From the NCBI RefSeq assembly GCF_018350175.1, contig NC_058383.1, forward strand, positions 26,414,001-26,478,000: a stretch of 64,000 bases of DNA, read 5' to 3'. Within the stretch, counting starts at the first letter, position 1. Each line of letters opens with the position of its first letter. The translations under genes and the position numbers were made by a program. Positions 52,674-64,000 of this stretch are shown here, one piece after another. The DNA is from Felis catus (lineage: Eukaryota). Below the pieces are notes generated by a model. The model was not told where the DNA came from. It was given only the letters and a program-made list of their open reading frames with translations, and did no database searches.

Positions 52674-52692
52674 TGGCCACGAGAGGGCGCGC
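52674..52692 (+). promoter_or_regulatory. CTCF motif
   Basis: tggccacgagagggcgcgc closely matches the consensus TGGCCACCAGGGGGCGC, in unique CpG-retaining sequence. Confidence 0.65.
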
Positions 52693-53394
52693 CAAAGTAG
52701 CCAAACCCACCAAGGAACCGGGAGGGCCCGCGGGAACCATCCCGAACAAAAAGCCATCTTGTTTTCAAAAGGCTGATAGGGGTCCCCACAGGGTGTTCAC
52801 ACTCGGTCTCTTCATAAGTAAATGACATAATTGCAATTTAATTTCTTCCGAATTGCATCAACAATTAAAGAGAAATTACTTCCTTCGCCCTTTCTATTTT
52901 TTTTGCAATAGACTCCTGGTAATTTTAGCAATTTAATGAAGTCCATTGTGGGGAAGCAATTGGATTTCAATGGCTTTCTCCCTGGAGCTCAACCCCTGGG
53001 TAGAAACTGCCTTCTCCATCTATTTTTGGTTTACTCTGAATCTCCCAACATCTTAATGCATCATTTTGCCTCTCTTGTCCAATAATAAATAACCTCCTTC
53101 CTCAGAACTAGGCATATAAATGTCTCTCTGTGGCCATCATGATTCATTTTTTCAAGTTCAAAAGGTAGAAAATAGAAAGCTTTTCTCTGGTTGGGCCCCT
53201 CCCTTCCTCCCTCCCGGTGCCTTCTACCATAATTGCTTCTTTGGTCATTTATTCTTTTGATCTCAGATCAACAAGCCTTTTAGCAATGCCCATTATGTAC
53301 CAGGGAGGATAGAAATTTATAACACCTGGCCCACCTTTCATTCCTAATTCTAGGCCCTGGAAAAAAAAAGAGTGGGCCAAAAAACCCCTACCCT

Positions 53395-53797
53395 GTTTCA
53401 CAATCACCAAAAGATAGAAACATCCAAATGTTCATTAACGAATGAATAAATGAAAGGTGGTTTATCCATAGAATGGAATATTATTCAGCCATACAAAGAA
53501 ATGAAGTGCTGACACATACAACATAGTAAGTCTCAAAAACATGTCAAGAGACCAGACACATATTGGATGACTTCATTTATATGAAATGTCCAGAAGAGGC
53601 AAACCCACTGAGACAGAAAATAGATTAGTGGTTGCCAGGTCCGGGTTAGAGGGGATCATGGGGATTGACTGTTTAATGTCTTAGAACCAGAGAGAGAGAG
53701 ATGATGCTTGCAAAATGATGTGAATGTCCTTTATGCCACTGAATTGTATGCTTTACAATGGTTCACTTGTGTGAATTTCACATCAATTGAAAAAAAG
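53395..53797 (+). mobile_element. Old L1 (L1MB/MC-like) 3' end
   Basis: atggaatattattcagccatacaaagaaatgaag...gaaatgtccagaagaggcaaacccactgagacagaaaatagattagtggttgccagg. Confidence 0.85.
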
Positions 53798-54174
53798 CCC
53801 TGCCCTTATAAGAGTTTGCATCCTATTGGGAATACATTGAAAATAAACCAATAGGCAAGTAGATAATATGTCACATGAACTTGAAGTCAGGTGGGAGAGA
53901 CAGACAAGTCAAGAAATCATTCTATTCTAGTGTAAGCAGTGTCCCGGCAGACACATACTAGGGGAAGGAAGAAATTCCAGGTAACAATACTGTACTGCAG
54001 AAGTTCCCAACAGCCTCAGCTGGCACCCGGTGGTTGAGTCCCAGCCTTAGCTTATGCCTAGGTGGCCTTGGGCAAGTCTTGTATCTTCATTCATTCTCAT
54101 GAGATACATTGAATCTACAGGGTTGCTGGATGCTTCTGAGTCACTCTGTTCTTTCTGCAAGTGTCTATCTGCCC

Positions 54175-54412
54175 TTTTTCTTTTCTTTCTTTTTTTTTTA
54201 AAGTTTGTTTATTTATTTTGAGAGAGACAGAGTCAGCACAAGTGGGGAAGGGGCAGAGAGAGAGAGGGAAAGAGAGAATCCCAAGCAGGGATTTGCTTTG
54301 CACTTTCAGCGCGGAGCCCAATGCAGGGCTCGAACTCATGAAACCATGAAATCATGACCTGAGCTGAAACCAAGAGTTGGATGCTTAACCAACTGCGCAA
54401 CCCAGGTGCCCC
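54175..54412 (-). mobile_element. SINEC
   Basis: Reverse-strand SINEC motifs. Confidence 0.88.
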
Positions 54413-55440
54413 ACCTCTGCCCATTTTCAAAGTTTTACACGTTGTTTTAACCAGTCATAATTTGACAACTGTGTTGAGTGATGTTACTTTGGGACCCAGA
54501 AGTGCAGTGGGGTTTCCAAGAAATAATAGTGAGTCCTTTTTATCTGCAGGATGTAGAAAGAGAAAACAGAAGTGGATTTATCTTGAAAGCCTCATCTTCC
54601 TGATTTCTGTTGCTTTATGAGACTTGGGGGCATTGGTTTGAGTGACCTGACTATGAATCTCAAGCCACAGTGGATGCTGAGAAGCTAATGAAGAATCTTG
54701 GTCACGACGCACTAAATTGCATTCTCCCAGTCTTTAGTGACTCTGATGATGTTCATGCCTGCCCCCTTGCAATGTTGACTTCTGGTTTATTCCAGGGGGT
54801 GGGGATGACATAGCAAACAGTGGCTGCTTCTGCAGAAATTTTGTGGCCCTTGGGGGCCTCGGGGTAGTTTATATATAAGTATATATAAACATATGTTATA
54901 TATACATTTAATTAGGGCCTACCCTAATGACTTCATTTTACCTAATGACCTCTTTCAAGGTCCAGTCTTCAAACACTGTCACATTCTAAGGCATTAGGGG
55001 TTAGGACTTCAACATACGAATTTTGAGGGGTTACAATTCAGCCATTAGCACTCTCTGTCATACATAAGCATCTGGTATTACTGAGTCCTCAAAATCCAAC
55101 TCAAAAATATTTCAGACTCTCCCTCCTCACCTCTTTGTGGTCCAACCACCTTAGTCAGACAGTCTAGTCTCTGAATACAGCTGTCCCCAGATAGTGACCA
55201 TCTCCTCCTCTTGGCCATGTCCCCAGTAATGATCAGAATGAAAGGAATACTGAAGTGACTTACTTTGAAAATTCAGAATCCCATCCTGACCATTTCCGGG
55301 CTTTTAGCAACTCTGGCTACCCCTTCCTGGAATGTATGGGTCTGGTTTCTCCAGAGAAACAGAAACAATGGGAAACAGAATAGTTTGTATTTATATAAAA
55401 TATAAAATCATTGTATGTATATATGTGTGTATGTATATGT

Positions 55441-55844
55441 ATGTGTGTGTATGTATATATATATATATATTTTTTTTATTTCTTGGTCTCCATAATTATA
55501 TATAGAGAGAGACGGAGAGCCCCCATGGCCCCCCTTTAGGCTGTTGTTGTAGGGGGGCTCAGTGAGCAGGGGACTCAGTTCATTATCCTTGTGATCTAGG
55601 GCCATGTTAATCCAAAAAGAGAGTCCAGGTGGCTAAAGCACAAATGTGTGTGTGTGTATATATATATATATATTTTTTTTTATTTCTTGGTCTCCATAAT
55701 TATATATAGAGAGAGACGGAGAGCCCCCATGGCCCCCCTTTAGGCTGTTGTTGTAGGGGGACTCAGTGAGCAGGGGACTCAGTTCATTATCCTTGTGATC
55801 TAGGGCCATGTTAATCCAAAAAGAGAGTCCAGGTGGCTAAAGCA

Positions 55845-55847
<3 letters not shown>
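55441..55847. repeat. Tandem duplication, 2 copies, period 204 bp
   Basis: tcttggtctcc at 55481 and 55685; ggctaaagca at 55631 and 55835; one substitution in the non-microsatellite part. Confidence 0.95.

Positions 55848-55893
<46 letters not shown>
55848..55893. repeat. (TG)n microsatellite
   Basis: Direct reading. Confidence 0.95.
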
Positions 55894-55900
<7 letters not shown>

Positions 55901-56065
55901 ATTATGGAAGCTAAGAAATCCAAGATCTGCTATAGGCAAGCCGGAGATCCAGAAGAGTGGATGGTGTAAGTTCCATTCCGAGTCTCAGCCCAAAGAGAGA
56001 AGACTGTGTTCCAGCTTGAAGTCAGTCAGGCAGAGAGAAAGAATTCTTACTTAATCATTTATTCT

Positions 56066-56293
56066 TTTTTTTTTTTTTTTTAATTTTTTTCAACGTTTAT
56101 TTATTTTTGGGACAGAGAGAGACAGAGCATGAACGGGGGAGGGGCAGAGAGAGAGGGAGACACAGAATCGGAAACAGGCTCCAGGCTCCGAGCCATCGGC
56201 CCAGAGCCTGAGGCGGGGCTCGAACTCACGGACCGCGAGATCGTGACCTGGCTGAAGTCGGACGCTTAACCGACTGCGCCACCCAGGCGCCCC
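56066..56293 (-). mobile_element. Young felid SINE with 15-bp TSD
   Basis: TSD ttaatcatttattct at 56051-56065 and 56294-56308; long pure T tract. Confidence 0.95.
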
Positions 56294-56541
56294 TTAATCA
56301 TTTATTCTATTAGGATATTCAGTGGATTGGATGAGGCCCTCCCATACTGGGGAGGGTGATCAGCTTTACTCAGTCTACTGCTTCAGATGTTCAGATAATG
56401 TGGAAACACCCAATATATACACAGAATAATGTGTGACCAAATGTCTGGGCACCTCATGGCCCAGTCAAGTTTTCACATAAAATTAACCATCATGGGGTAG
56501 AAACCTGGCCAAAGAGGGCCAAGGAGGATCCAACTTAATTC

Positions 56542-56666
56542 TGCTTTAGCCCCCTGGACTCTCTTTTTGGATTAACATGGCCCTAGATCACAAGGATAAT
56601 GAACTGAGTCCCCTGCTCACTGAGGTCCCTACAATAACAGCCTAAAGGGGGGCCATGGGAGTTCTC
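56542..56666. repeat. Inverted third copy (probable donor) of the core of the 204-bp unit
   Basis: Reverse complement of ~55515-55640 and ~55719-55844 with a few mismatches. Confidence 0.95.
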
Positions 56667-58155
56667 TGTAAGTTTTATAAAAATGCCCTTGTCCCTTTGC
56701 CAGCCTTTCAGACAAGAGGGCTTTGTGCGAGCAGGAGATGATTGGAAAAGGTGAGGTCACCAGAATGGACACACGGATTTTGTGGCAGTTGAGGAAGGGC
56801 AAAAATCTAGGCTGCTGGGGAGGAGGCACCTTGGACTCCCGGAGGTATGGAAAAAGAAAGGACGTTAACAATCCATTGTCTTTCAGAGCTACTTCTAGAG
56901 CTTTCCTTAGGAAAATGCCCTCCTTCCCAAACTGCTGCAAACGCCTTAAAATCTGTCTACTGGGTCTGCCATCCCCGGTGAGAAGATTCTGATAATGATT
57001 TTATCACTGTTCTCCTTAACCTTACTGAGAAGTCTGTTGCAAACAGCCAGGCTTGGTACCAGCTCCTGTACCTCCCCCACAAAACACCTGTCAGCCTCTT
57101 GTCTACCTCCATTCCCACAGCCATAGCTCAGTCACTGGGGGAATAGGGCAGAGAAATGTCCCAGCTGCTGGCATGAACAGAACAGGTTGGACTGAGTGCT
57201 CTCAGGCTGTGCCTCGACTATTCAAACTGTACTGGTGCCTTTAGGTCTACCAACTGGCCAGGAGAAGATGTTGGAGGCCCCGTCATCCTATGCCCTCCGA
57301 CTGGTGTAGGTTCCATGTGTGATAGTTGTGGGAAACCCCAGTAGTAGTAAGCAACGCTCTTTCTGGGAGTGCCATGTGCACTTCTTATGTGGAAGCCAGG
57401 CATTAATTTGTCTCTCTCCTGAAAACTCCAGGACTTACACCATAAGGATGGTCATAAGAGGTGTTCAAGTATTGAGGAAATGCCACAAGTAGATCCTACA
57501 GCCTCCATAGATCTGCAGAGATCTGTCCAAAATGAGGCTGCCCTAAAATTCCCAGAGCAATGGCTGGCTCATTATTTTTCACACCCTGTGGGCAGTGATC
57601 CCTGCAGTGGAAGTCATCCAATTACAACAGGTGCTCTGAAACTTGTCCCTGCCTTTAGCTGGTGATCAAATGATACCACCTCATCCTTGGAAGACTTTCA
57701 GGTCCGTCTCAACTCACTGGCCAGAGTTGTTAGGGGTGATGTAAGCTCCCCAGGCTTCCTTTTTACAGGCCACAGGGGAATCTGTGCAATTGCTAATACA
57801 TCCTGCTGTCTGGACCAATGCCTTCAGCCAAGAGGAAAGGTCAGTACAAAAATTTAAGGAGAAAGCCACCTGGCTATCTAAGGTGGATCCAGATGGGATT
57901 TGTTCATTTATGGGATTTGTTCAGCTGGCTGGGTCCAAGACCAATGGTGGGAGAATTGCCAAGGCCAATACTATTGCTTAGAGTCCTGTTGGCAGTAACC
58001 TTAAACAGTAACAGCATTTACATGCTGTTGGGGCAAGGTAAATGGGTTTGGTTCCAGCTTCTGTGGGTCAGATTAATCAAAATGGTCAATGGAATGGCAT
58101 ACTCATGGGAGAATTTACCAAAAGCCAAGATAGTATGGAAATGATGGGTGAACAT

Positions 58156-58861
58156 CATTAGGAAACAATTCTCCATGGGTCTCTAGAGGTTCTGCCTATT
58201 TTTTGAACAGAGCTTTTCCAGATTGTTTTTTTAAGAATGTATAGCATGGGGCACCTGGGTGGCTCAGTCGATTAAGTGTCCAACTCTTAATTTTGGCTCA
58301 GGTCATGATCTTGTGGTTTGTGAGGTTGAGGCCCAGGTCAGGCTCCACACTGAGTGAGGATCCTGCACAGGATTCTCTCTCTCTCCCTCTGCCCCTCTCC
58401 CCGACTTGTGTGCTCTCTTCCCATCTCTCTCTCAAATTAAAAAACAAAACAAAACAAAACAAAAAAACATGTGCAACAAACAGCCTTGGAAGATAGAGGT
58501 AGTATCTCCTTCCAGAACAAAGGACAATTTTGTTTACTGTCCAATGTAGACGAGTAATGTCTCCCTCTGGGAAAAACCCAGGCAGGTTAATTGCCCATTA
58601 TGAAAGATTTGGGGCCTAAGCTTAAGCTTCCTTTTCTGTAATGCATCTCATTGTGTATGCAGGCATCCCTTGTCCCTTTTGCACTGCCCTTTGGGACTGC
58701 GTCTTGGCGTGCGGGCACAAATGCTAGCTGCTAATGAGTAATAGACTTTTGTCTCTGATCTAGCAGTCTTGTGCCATCTGCTAGCATCCATGAAGACACG
58801 GCAGGCCATCGTGTTAACTCGCAGGTAGAATAAGGTCTCAGACCCTTCACAGTTCTTGACA
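58156..58861 (+). mobile_element. LTR40-like LTR (3' LTR of the ERV) with a SINEC at 58248-58468
   Basis: ggaaacaattctccatgggtctct...aaacagccttggaagatagag...tctcagacccttcacagttcttgaca. Confidence 0.75.
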
Positions 58862-59063
58862 AGTCCATCTAGCACATTTTTATTGAGAACCTATTTTCTA
58901 AGCACTTTTGCAAATGCTGTGTCTACAAAAATGAACAAAGCAAAGTATCTTCATGAAGCTTCTACTCCAGTGGGACAGAATGTGGGAAGGTAAATGGGGG
59001 CATCCTTTATGCAGGGCAGTTTAGCAGAATACATATAAAACCTTAAAAATGTGCCTGCCTCTT

Positions 59064-60912
59064 GGGGCTGCTGGGTGGTTCACAGTTAAGCTTCTGAGTC
59101 TTGATTTGGGCTGAGGTCATGACCTCACAGTTCGTGAGATCAAGCCCCGCATCGGGCTCTGCACAGGCAGCGGGGAGCCTGCCTGGGATTCTTTCTCTCC
59201 CTTTCTTTCTGCCCCTCCCTCACTCTCTCTCGCTCTCTCGAAATAAACATACATTTAAAAATAATGTGCTTACCACTTGAAAAATTATAAGAATTCATCC
59301 CAAGGAAAATATCAGACAAGTAATCAGAGATATGTGCCCCAGGATATTTACCACAGCACCATTTATGGAAGTGTTTTCTAAACTTCTCTTGTTCAAGCAC
59401 TAAGTTTGTGGTCTTGTTCGATCCATGTGCCACCATACCATTTTGTTAGTCTTTTTAACTGACTCAAGATATTTAGTTAAATAAATTTTATCTTGAAATT
59501 AAACATTACATGACTATCAAAAAGGCTAGTTACATTGTTTCTGACTATATACAATACACATGCAAATATACATACTATGTATGCAAATAAATATATAAAA
59601 TTTTTTTTAATTAAGTAGGCTCCACAACCCAACTTGGGGCTTGAACTCATAACTCTGACATCAAGAGTCACATGCTCTACCAACTGAGCCAGCCGTGTAC
59701 CCCTAAATATATAACTATTTAAATATTTAATAAGTCATCAATATACTACTCAAAATCATATTGTATATCTCCAGTTATATGGATCCCATTATGAGAAGTT
59801 ACGACTCTTTAACATTAAAAAAAATGGAAACAATGCCTACAGTTAAACAAATTTCAGTGTATTTGTATAAAATAAAAGAATGTTGGGGTGCCTAGGTGGC
59901 TCAGTTAAGCATCAGACTTTGGCTCAGGTCATGATCTCACGCTTTTTGGGTTCAATCCCCACATTGGGGTTTCTGCTGTCAGCACAGAGCCTGCTTCAGA
60001 TCCTCTGTCCCCCTCCTGTCTTCCCCTTCCCCACTCATGTTTTCTCTCTCTCAAAAATAAATAAACATTAAAAATATATATTGGGGCACCTGGATGGCTC
60101 AGTTGGCTAACCGTCCAACTTTGGCTCAGGTCAGGACCTCACTGTTTGTGAGTTCGAGCCCTGCATCAGGCTCTGTGCTGACAGCTCAGAGCCTGGAGAC
60201 TGCTTCGGATTCTGTGTCTCTCTCTTTTTCTCTACCACTCCCCTGCTCACACTCTGTCTCTCAAAAATGAATAAATGTTAAAAATATATATATACATATA
60301 TTAAAAAATAAAATAAAGGAATGTTAGCAGACATTCCAAGTGATGATATAATGTATATTTCTTGCCATGGATAAGATATAAAAGGAAAATAAGGCAGATT
60401 CAAAATAATCTTATCCCACTCAAATATAAGGCTATATATTATACATATTACACATATTTATTTATATACATGTATAGGAAATATTCTAAAAGGATTAATT
60501 GTCTTTGATGAGAACCGTGCATAAAAAAATTTTTTTTATTTCACTAAAAAGAAGTTTAGTTTTTTTGTTGTTACTTTTAAGGCCAGAGAGAAGTAATTTA
60601 TTACATTAAATGCTCTGGGAGAGAATATGATGGCTGTATTCATCTAAACATCAATTTTCCTATGATATTGGTTTTCCATAGATTGCCAAGTAATTGAATA
60701 GAGCTGGAAGAAGTGCTTTTTTTTTTTTAAGTTTTTCATTTATTTTTGAGAGTGAGAGTGTGAGTGGGGGAGGGACGGAGGGACAGAGAGAGAAGGGAAG
60801 CAGGCTCTGTGCTGACAGGAGCAAGCCCAATATAGGGTTCGAACTCACCAGCTGAGATCATGACCTGAGTTGATGTTCAACATTCAACCAACTGAGCCAC
60901 ACAGGTGCCCCC
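59064..60912. mobile_element. Five SINECs (59064-59260 +, 59600-59704 -, 59885-60075 +, 60083-60310 +, 60717-60912 -)
   Basis: SINEC motifs read directly. Confidence 0.85.
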
Positions 60913-63179
60913 AAGAAATGCTCTGGAGAGATAACAAACTCAAACTCTGACATTAACAAGCCATGATGGATCAATGTACTCTCCAACCTCAAGTGTATAA
61001 TAAATGGCTGAAAAAACTGCCAGGAGGAAGGGTCTGTGTCTTCATAAGTGACATCAGAAACCGCTTACAAAGTCACACAACATTCACGCTTGAAAAAAAA
61101 AACTGATAAAGTTACCTTTTTTCTCACCTGGACATTGGAAAGATGGAGACCCTGAGACTCACTCAGATCGGCTGAAATGTCCAAAGTCACACATTTGCGT
61201 TAGTGGTGGAGAGAAAGACCAGAATGCAGGTGTTTGGGGCCCCGTGAGTGATTTGTTATGAAATCATCATGATGGACATTGCCTTATGTTCAAATCTCCA
61301 TCCTCTTACACCCTTGTACCCTGGCTGAGGCAACTTGGGTGAGTTAATTTAACTTTTCTGAGCCAAGATTTCCTCATCCTTTGACATGGGAATAATGCTT
61401 ATTTCAGAGGATCTTTGTGAGATTTGAACAGTGTGGTTGCCTACCCTATGTCAGTTACCCCTTCTTCCTGAAAAGACCCTGATTTTGTTTGGAGCAGCAG
61501 TGGGCCTTTGAAGGGTATGTTCATTTCCATGATGCCCAAATGACATAGTTCCTGTCAATGACTGATAATCTGAAGAAAGCTTCTGGGAAAGCTTTTGCCT
61601 CATGGAATCAGGCCCAGTCCCTTCTTACTTCGTGTTTGTTCCTGCTGGCAATACAGAGAGAGGGCCGGAAATGGAGCAGCCATGTCACAATCCTGGAAAC
61701 TTCTGCGTGAAGGCAGAATCCAGCATGCCGAAGGAGGCAGAGAGGAAAGAGGAAAGGCCTGGAGTGGCATTATGATTGAACATTTCACCAGCCACGGGCT
61801 GTCTGCTTTCAGACTCCCTGTTGGAGGAAAACATATAGCGTATTTGGCCAAGTCACAGAGGTATACTGGAAGATTGGCCCCAAGTATCTCCTGCTCCGTA
61901 GTAAAACTATCCATCCACACTAGCCTCATGGAAGGTGTCCTTCCTCTTGTGTTGACTTTGGTCTTCATCACGTGATTCGCATTGTCTAATGGGATATTGG
62001 CTGGTAAAATGCTAAGCAAGGCCTTAAAATAAATATGCTTGTGCATCTGGGCTTGCCGTCTTATGCCCCTAACCATCTCCACGAAAGGAACACAACTCAA
62101 GAAACCTGCAGATCTCAGGAGAGATGTGGGAAGTAAGACTTAAACCCATGGCTTGGTGCTAAATCCAACCGACCCCAGTCACCTTCAGCCAATTCACTGA
62201 TGTGAATGAGCAAGAAAAAAACATAGCGGCTAGCATATGCCAGTGAGAGTCGATTGGGGGATTGGTCGTAATCTAGCAATATAGCTAAGGAATGCATCCA
62301 TTATGGTCGCATATTGTTACTGGTACTTGAGAGAATGCTTAACAAATATAAACAAGTAACACAGGAAGAGTGCCTGGTACCTATTAGATACTCAATATCA
62401 ATCACTTTCTTTTTACACTTCCACACAGTGTCATTTCTGGAAAAGGAAGACATTTCTTTGAGTGTTAGTTGGCCTTTGGTTCTGGTCTGTGCCTCTTTCA
62501 ATAGGTTTTCATCTGGGATTCAATCATTTCCACTGGGTTGATCACATTATTCCAGGCTTCAAGAAAGAAATTAAAATCAGCCCTCAGCAGCATGGGCTAT
62601 GGACTTAAAATTTAAAGAGCTGAGGTTTCTGGCATGGGATTAGGGTTAGATTTATGGAAATTATCAAAATACTGACTTTTTGCTCAGTCGTACAAAACAG
62701 TACCTCAAATCTGTCTGTGAACTTCCCCCTTTATTTTATTTGTACCTTTTATGTGTGTGCTGAGGCTATAATACAAGGCGACTGCTGTATAATGGGCTCT
62801 TGCTGCTTGTAAACGCCCAGGCCACACCACAGACATTGTTTGCATAGCAGGAGACATTGATCTCATGACACTGCCCAATTACAGTGACTGTGTGTATTAT
62901 ACTGACTGACCGAAGGAGCTAAAATTCCCTGGACTTCAGGGTTCTGTTCTTGGGCAGCTACCCTTTCAGAAGCTCAGGGGGTAAGGCTGTTGTGTTAGCG
63001 TAAGCTTACTTGCTAAATCAAGAGGGGGCTACAGCCTAGATTTGCCACTTAGTACGGACCAAGACCAGCGGTGTTGGCATGACCCAAGAACAAGTTAGAA
63101 ATGCAGAGTCTCAGGCCTAGCCCCAGACCTAATGACTCAGAATCTAAATGTTAACAAGATCTCCAGGTGAGTCTTTTTT

Positions 63180-63605
63180 TCCTCGGTTTTGAAAATTGAG
63201 ATCTAATTTGCATACTGTAAGTTTTCCTTTTTGAAATGTAAAATTCTGTGGTTTTTAGTATATTCAGAAAGATGTGCATCCATGACTACTATCTAGTTCC
63301 AGAACATTTTCATTAGCCCAAAACAAACATCATTCTCATTAACAGTCATACCCCTTTGCTCCCTCCCCCAGTTCCTGGCAACCTACTTCCTGTCTCGATA
63401 GATTTGCCTATTCTGGACATGTCACATACATAGACTCAAATATTCTATGGGGCACTGGGTGTCAGTTGGTTGAGCATCTGACTCTTGATTTCAGCTCAGG
63501 TCATGATCCCAAGGTCGTGGATCGAGCCCCATATCAGGCTCTGGGCTGACAGTGTGGAGCCTGCTTGGGATTCTCTCTTTCCCTCTCTCTCCACTCCCCA
63601 CCCCA
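63180..63605. mobile_element. Old minus-strand L1 3' end followed by a SINEC (63449-63605)
   Basis: ttccagaacattttcattagccc...gatttgcctattctggacat; SINEC body lacks its tail. Confidence 0.8.
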
Positions 63606-63611
63606 CATCTC

Positions 63612-64000
63612 GGTGCAGCCACTCTGGAAAACAGTATGGAGGTTCCTCAAAACTCTAAAAAGAGAACTACCCGACGACCCAGCAATTGCACTACTAGGCA
63701 CTTATCCATGGGATACAGGTGTGCTGTTTCGAAGGGACACATGCACCCCCATGTTTATAGTAGCACTGTCAACAATAGCCAAAGTATGGAAAGAGCCCAA
63801 GTGTCCATCAATGGATGAATGGATAAAGAGGATGTGGCATATACACACACACGCACACACACAATGGAGTATTACTCGGCAACCAAAAAGAATGAAATCT
63901 TGCCATTTGCAACTATGTGGATGGAACTAGAGGGTATTATGCTAAGTGAAAACAGTCAGGGAAAGACAAATATCATACGACTTCACTCATATGAGGAATT
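63612..64000 (+). mobile_element. Carnivore/felid L1 3' region (runs off the window end)
   Basis: [32 protein letters not shown]...; same subfamily as 5500-6431. Confidence 0.92.

Larger units (their letters stand above)
55333..56492 (+). mobile_element. MLT2 LTR containing microsatellites, the duplicated insert and a SINE
   Basis: Starts tgtatgggtctggtttctccagagaaacagaa; ends cccagtcaagttttcacataaaattaaccatca. Confidence 0.85.
55055..58150 (+). mobile_element. Decayed ERV internal region (integrase C-terminal part and env), interrupted by MLT2
   Basis: ASGITE integrase-like motif at 55068-55085; env TM reads LNSLARVV...GICAIANTSCC (CX6CC 57783-57809), then EKATWLSKVDP and LWDLFSWLG across frameshifts. 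Confidence 0.8.

Noticed and set aside
55441..55847. Repeat-spacer-like structure suggestive of a CRISPR array
   Set aside because: Eukaryotic DNA, two 204-bp near-identical units, no unique spacers and no cas genes.
56990..58144. Domesticated env (syncytin-like) gene
   Set aside because: In-frame stops, at least two frameshifts in TM, degenerate ISD, and no clear furin site or CXXC.
61595..62100. 126-aa and 166-aa overlapping ORFs
   Set aside because: Lie over decayed MLT1-like sequence; no splice support or domain.
1141..64000. TMC5 coding exons expected from synteny
   Set aside because: No ORF or exon resembling TMC5 (PDY-rich N-terminus or transmembrane segments) was found.

Overview
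Mammalian genomic DNA, almost certainly felid: dozens of tRNA-derived carnivore SINEs, including young Felis-type SINEC copies with intact target-site duplications (TSDs), plus carnivore L1 3' ends. The only confident gene feature is the last coding exon and poly(A) signal of a C-type lectin, most likely CLEC19A (1061-1140, +). The rest is repeat-rich intergenic DNA (SINEs, L1, MIR, MLT1/MLT2, LTR16, MER21, MER58, MER5, MER20), probably the CLEC19A-TMC5 interval by recalled synteny; I found no TMC5 coding exon. Almost all ORFs in the supplied track are chance or repeat-derived. Most notable: (1) a candidate unannotated 3-exon gene at 18590-20092 encoding a 202-aa Pro/Ser-rich protein; (2) a ~125-bp segment copied in inverted orientation from ~1 kb away into a microsatellite, then tandemly duplicated (55441-56666); (3) a decayed ERV 3' half with integrase, a gamma-type env (CX6CC) and an LTR40-like LTR; (4) a non-repetitive element at ~52.6 kb with a palindrome, a strong CTCF motif and homeodomain motifs; (5) non-canonical retrotransposition products (30-nt U6 copy, internal L1 RT fragment, SINE dimers). 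Repeat family names are recognised by eye and their boundaries are approximate.
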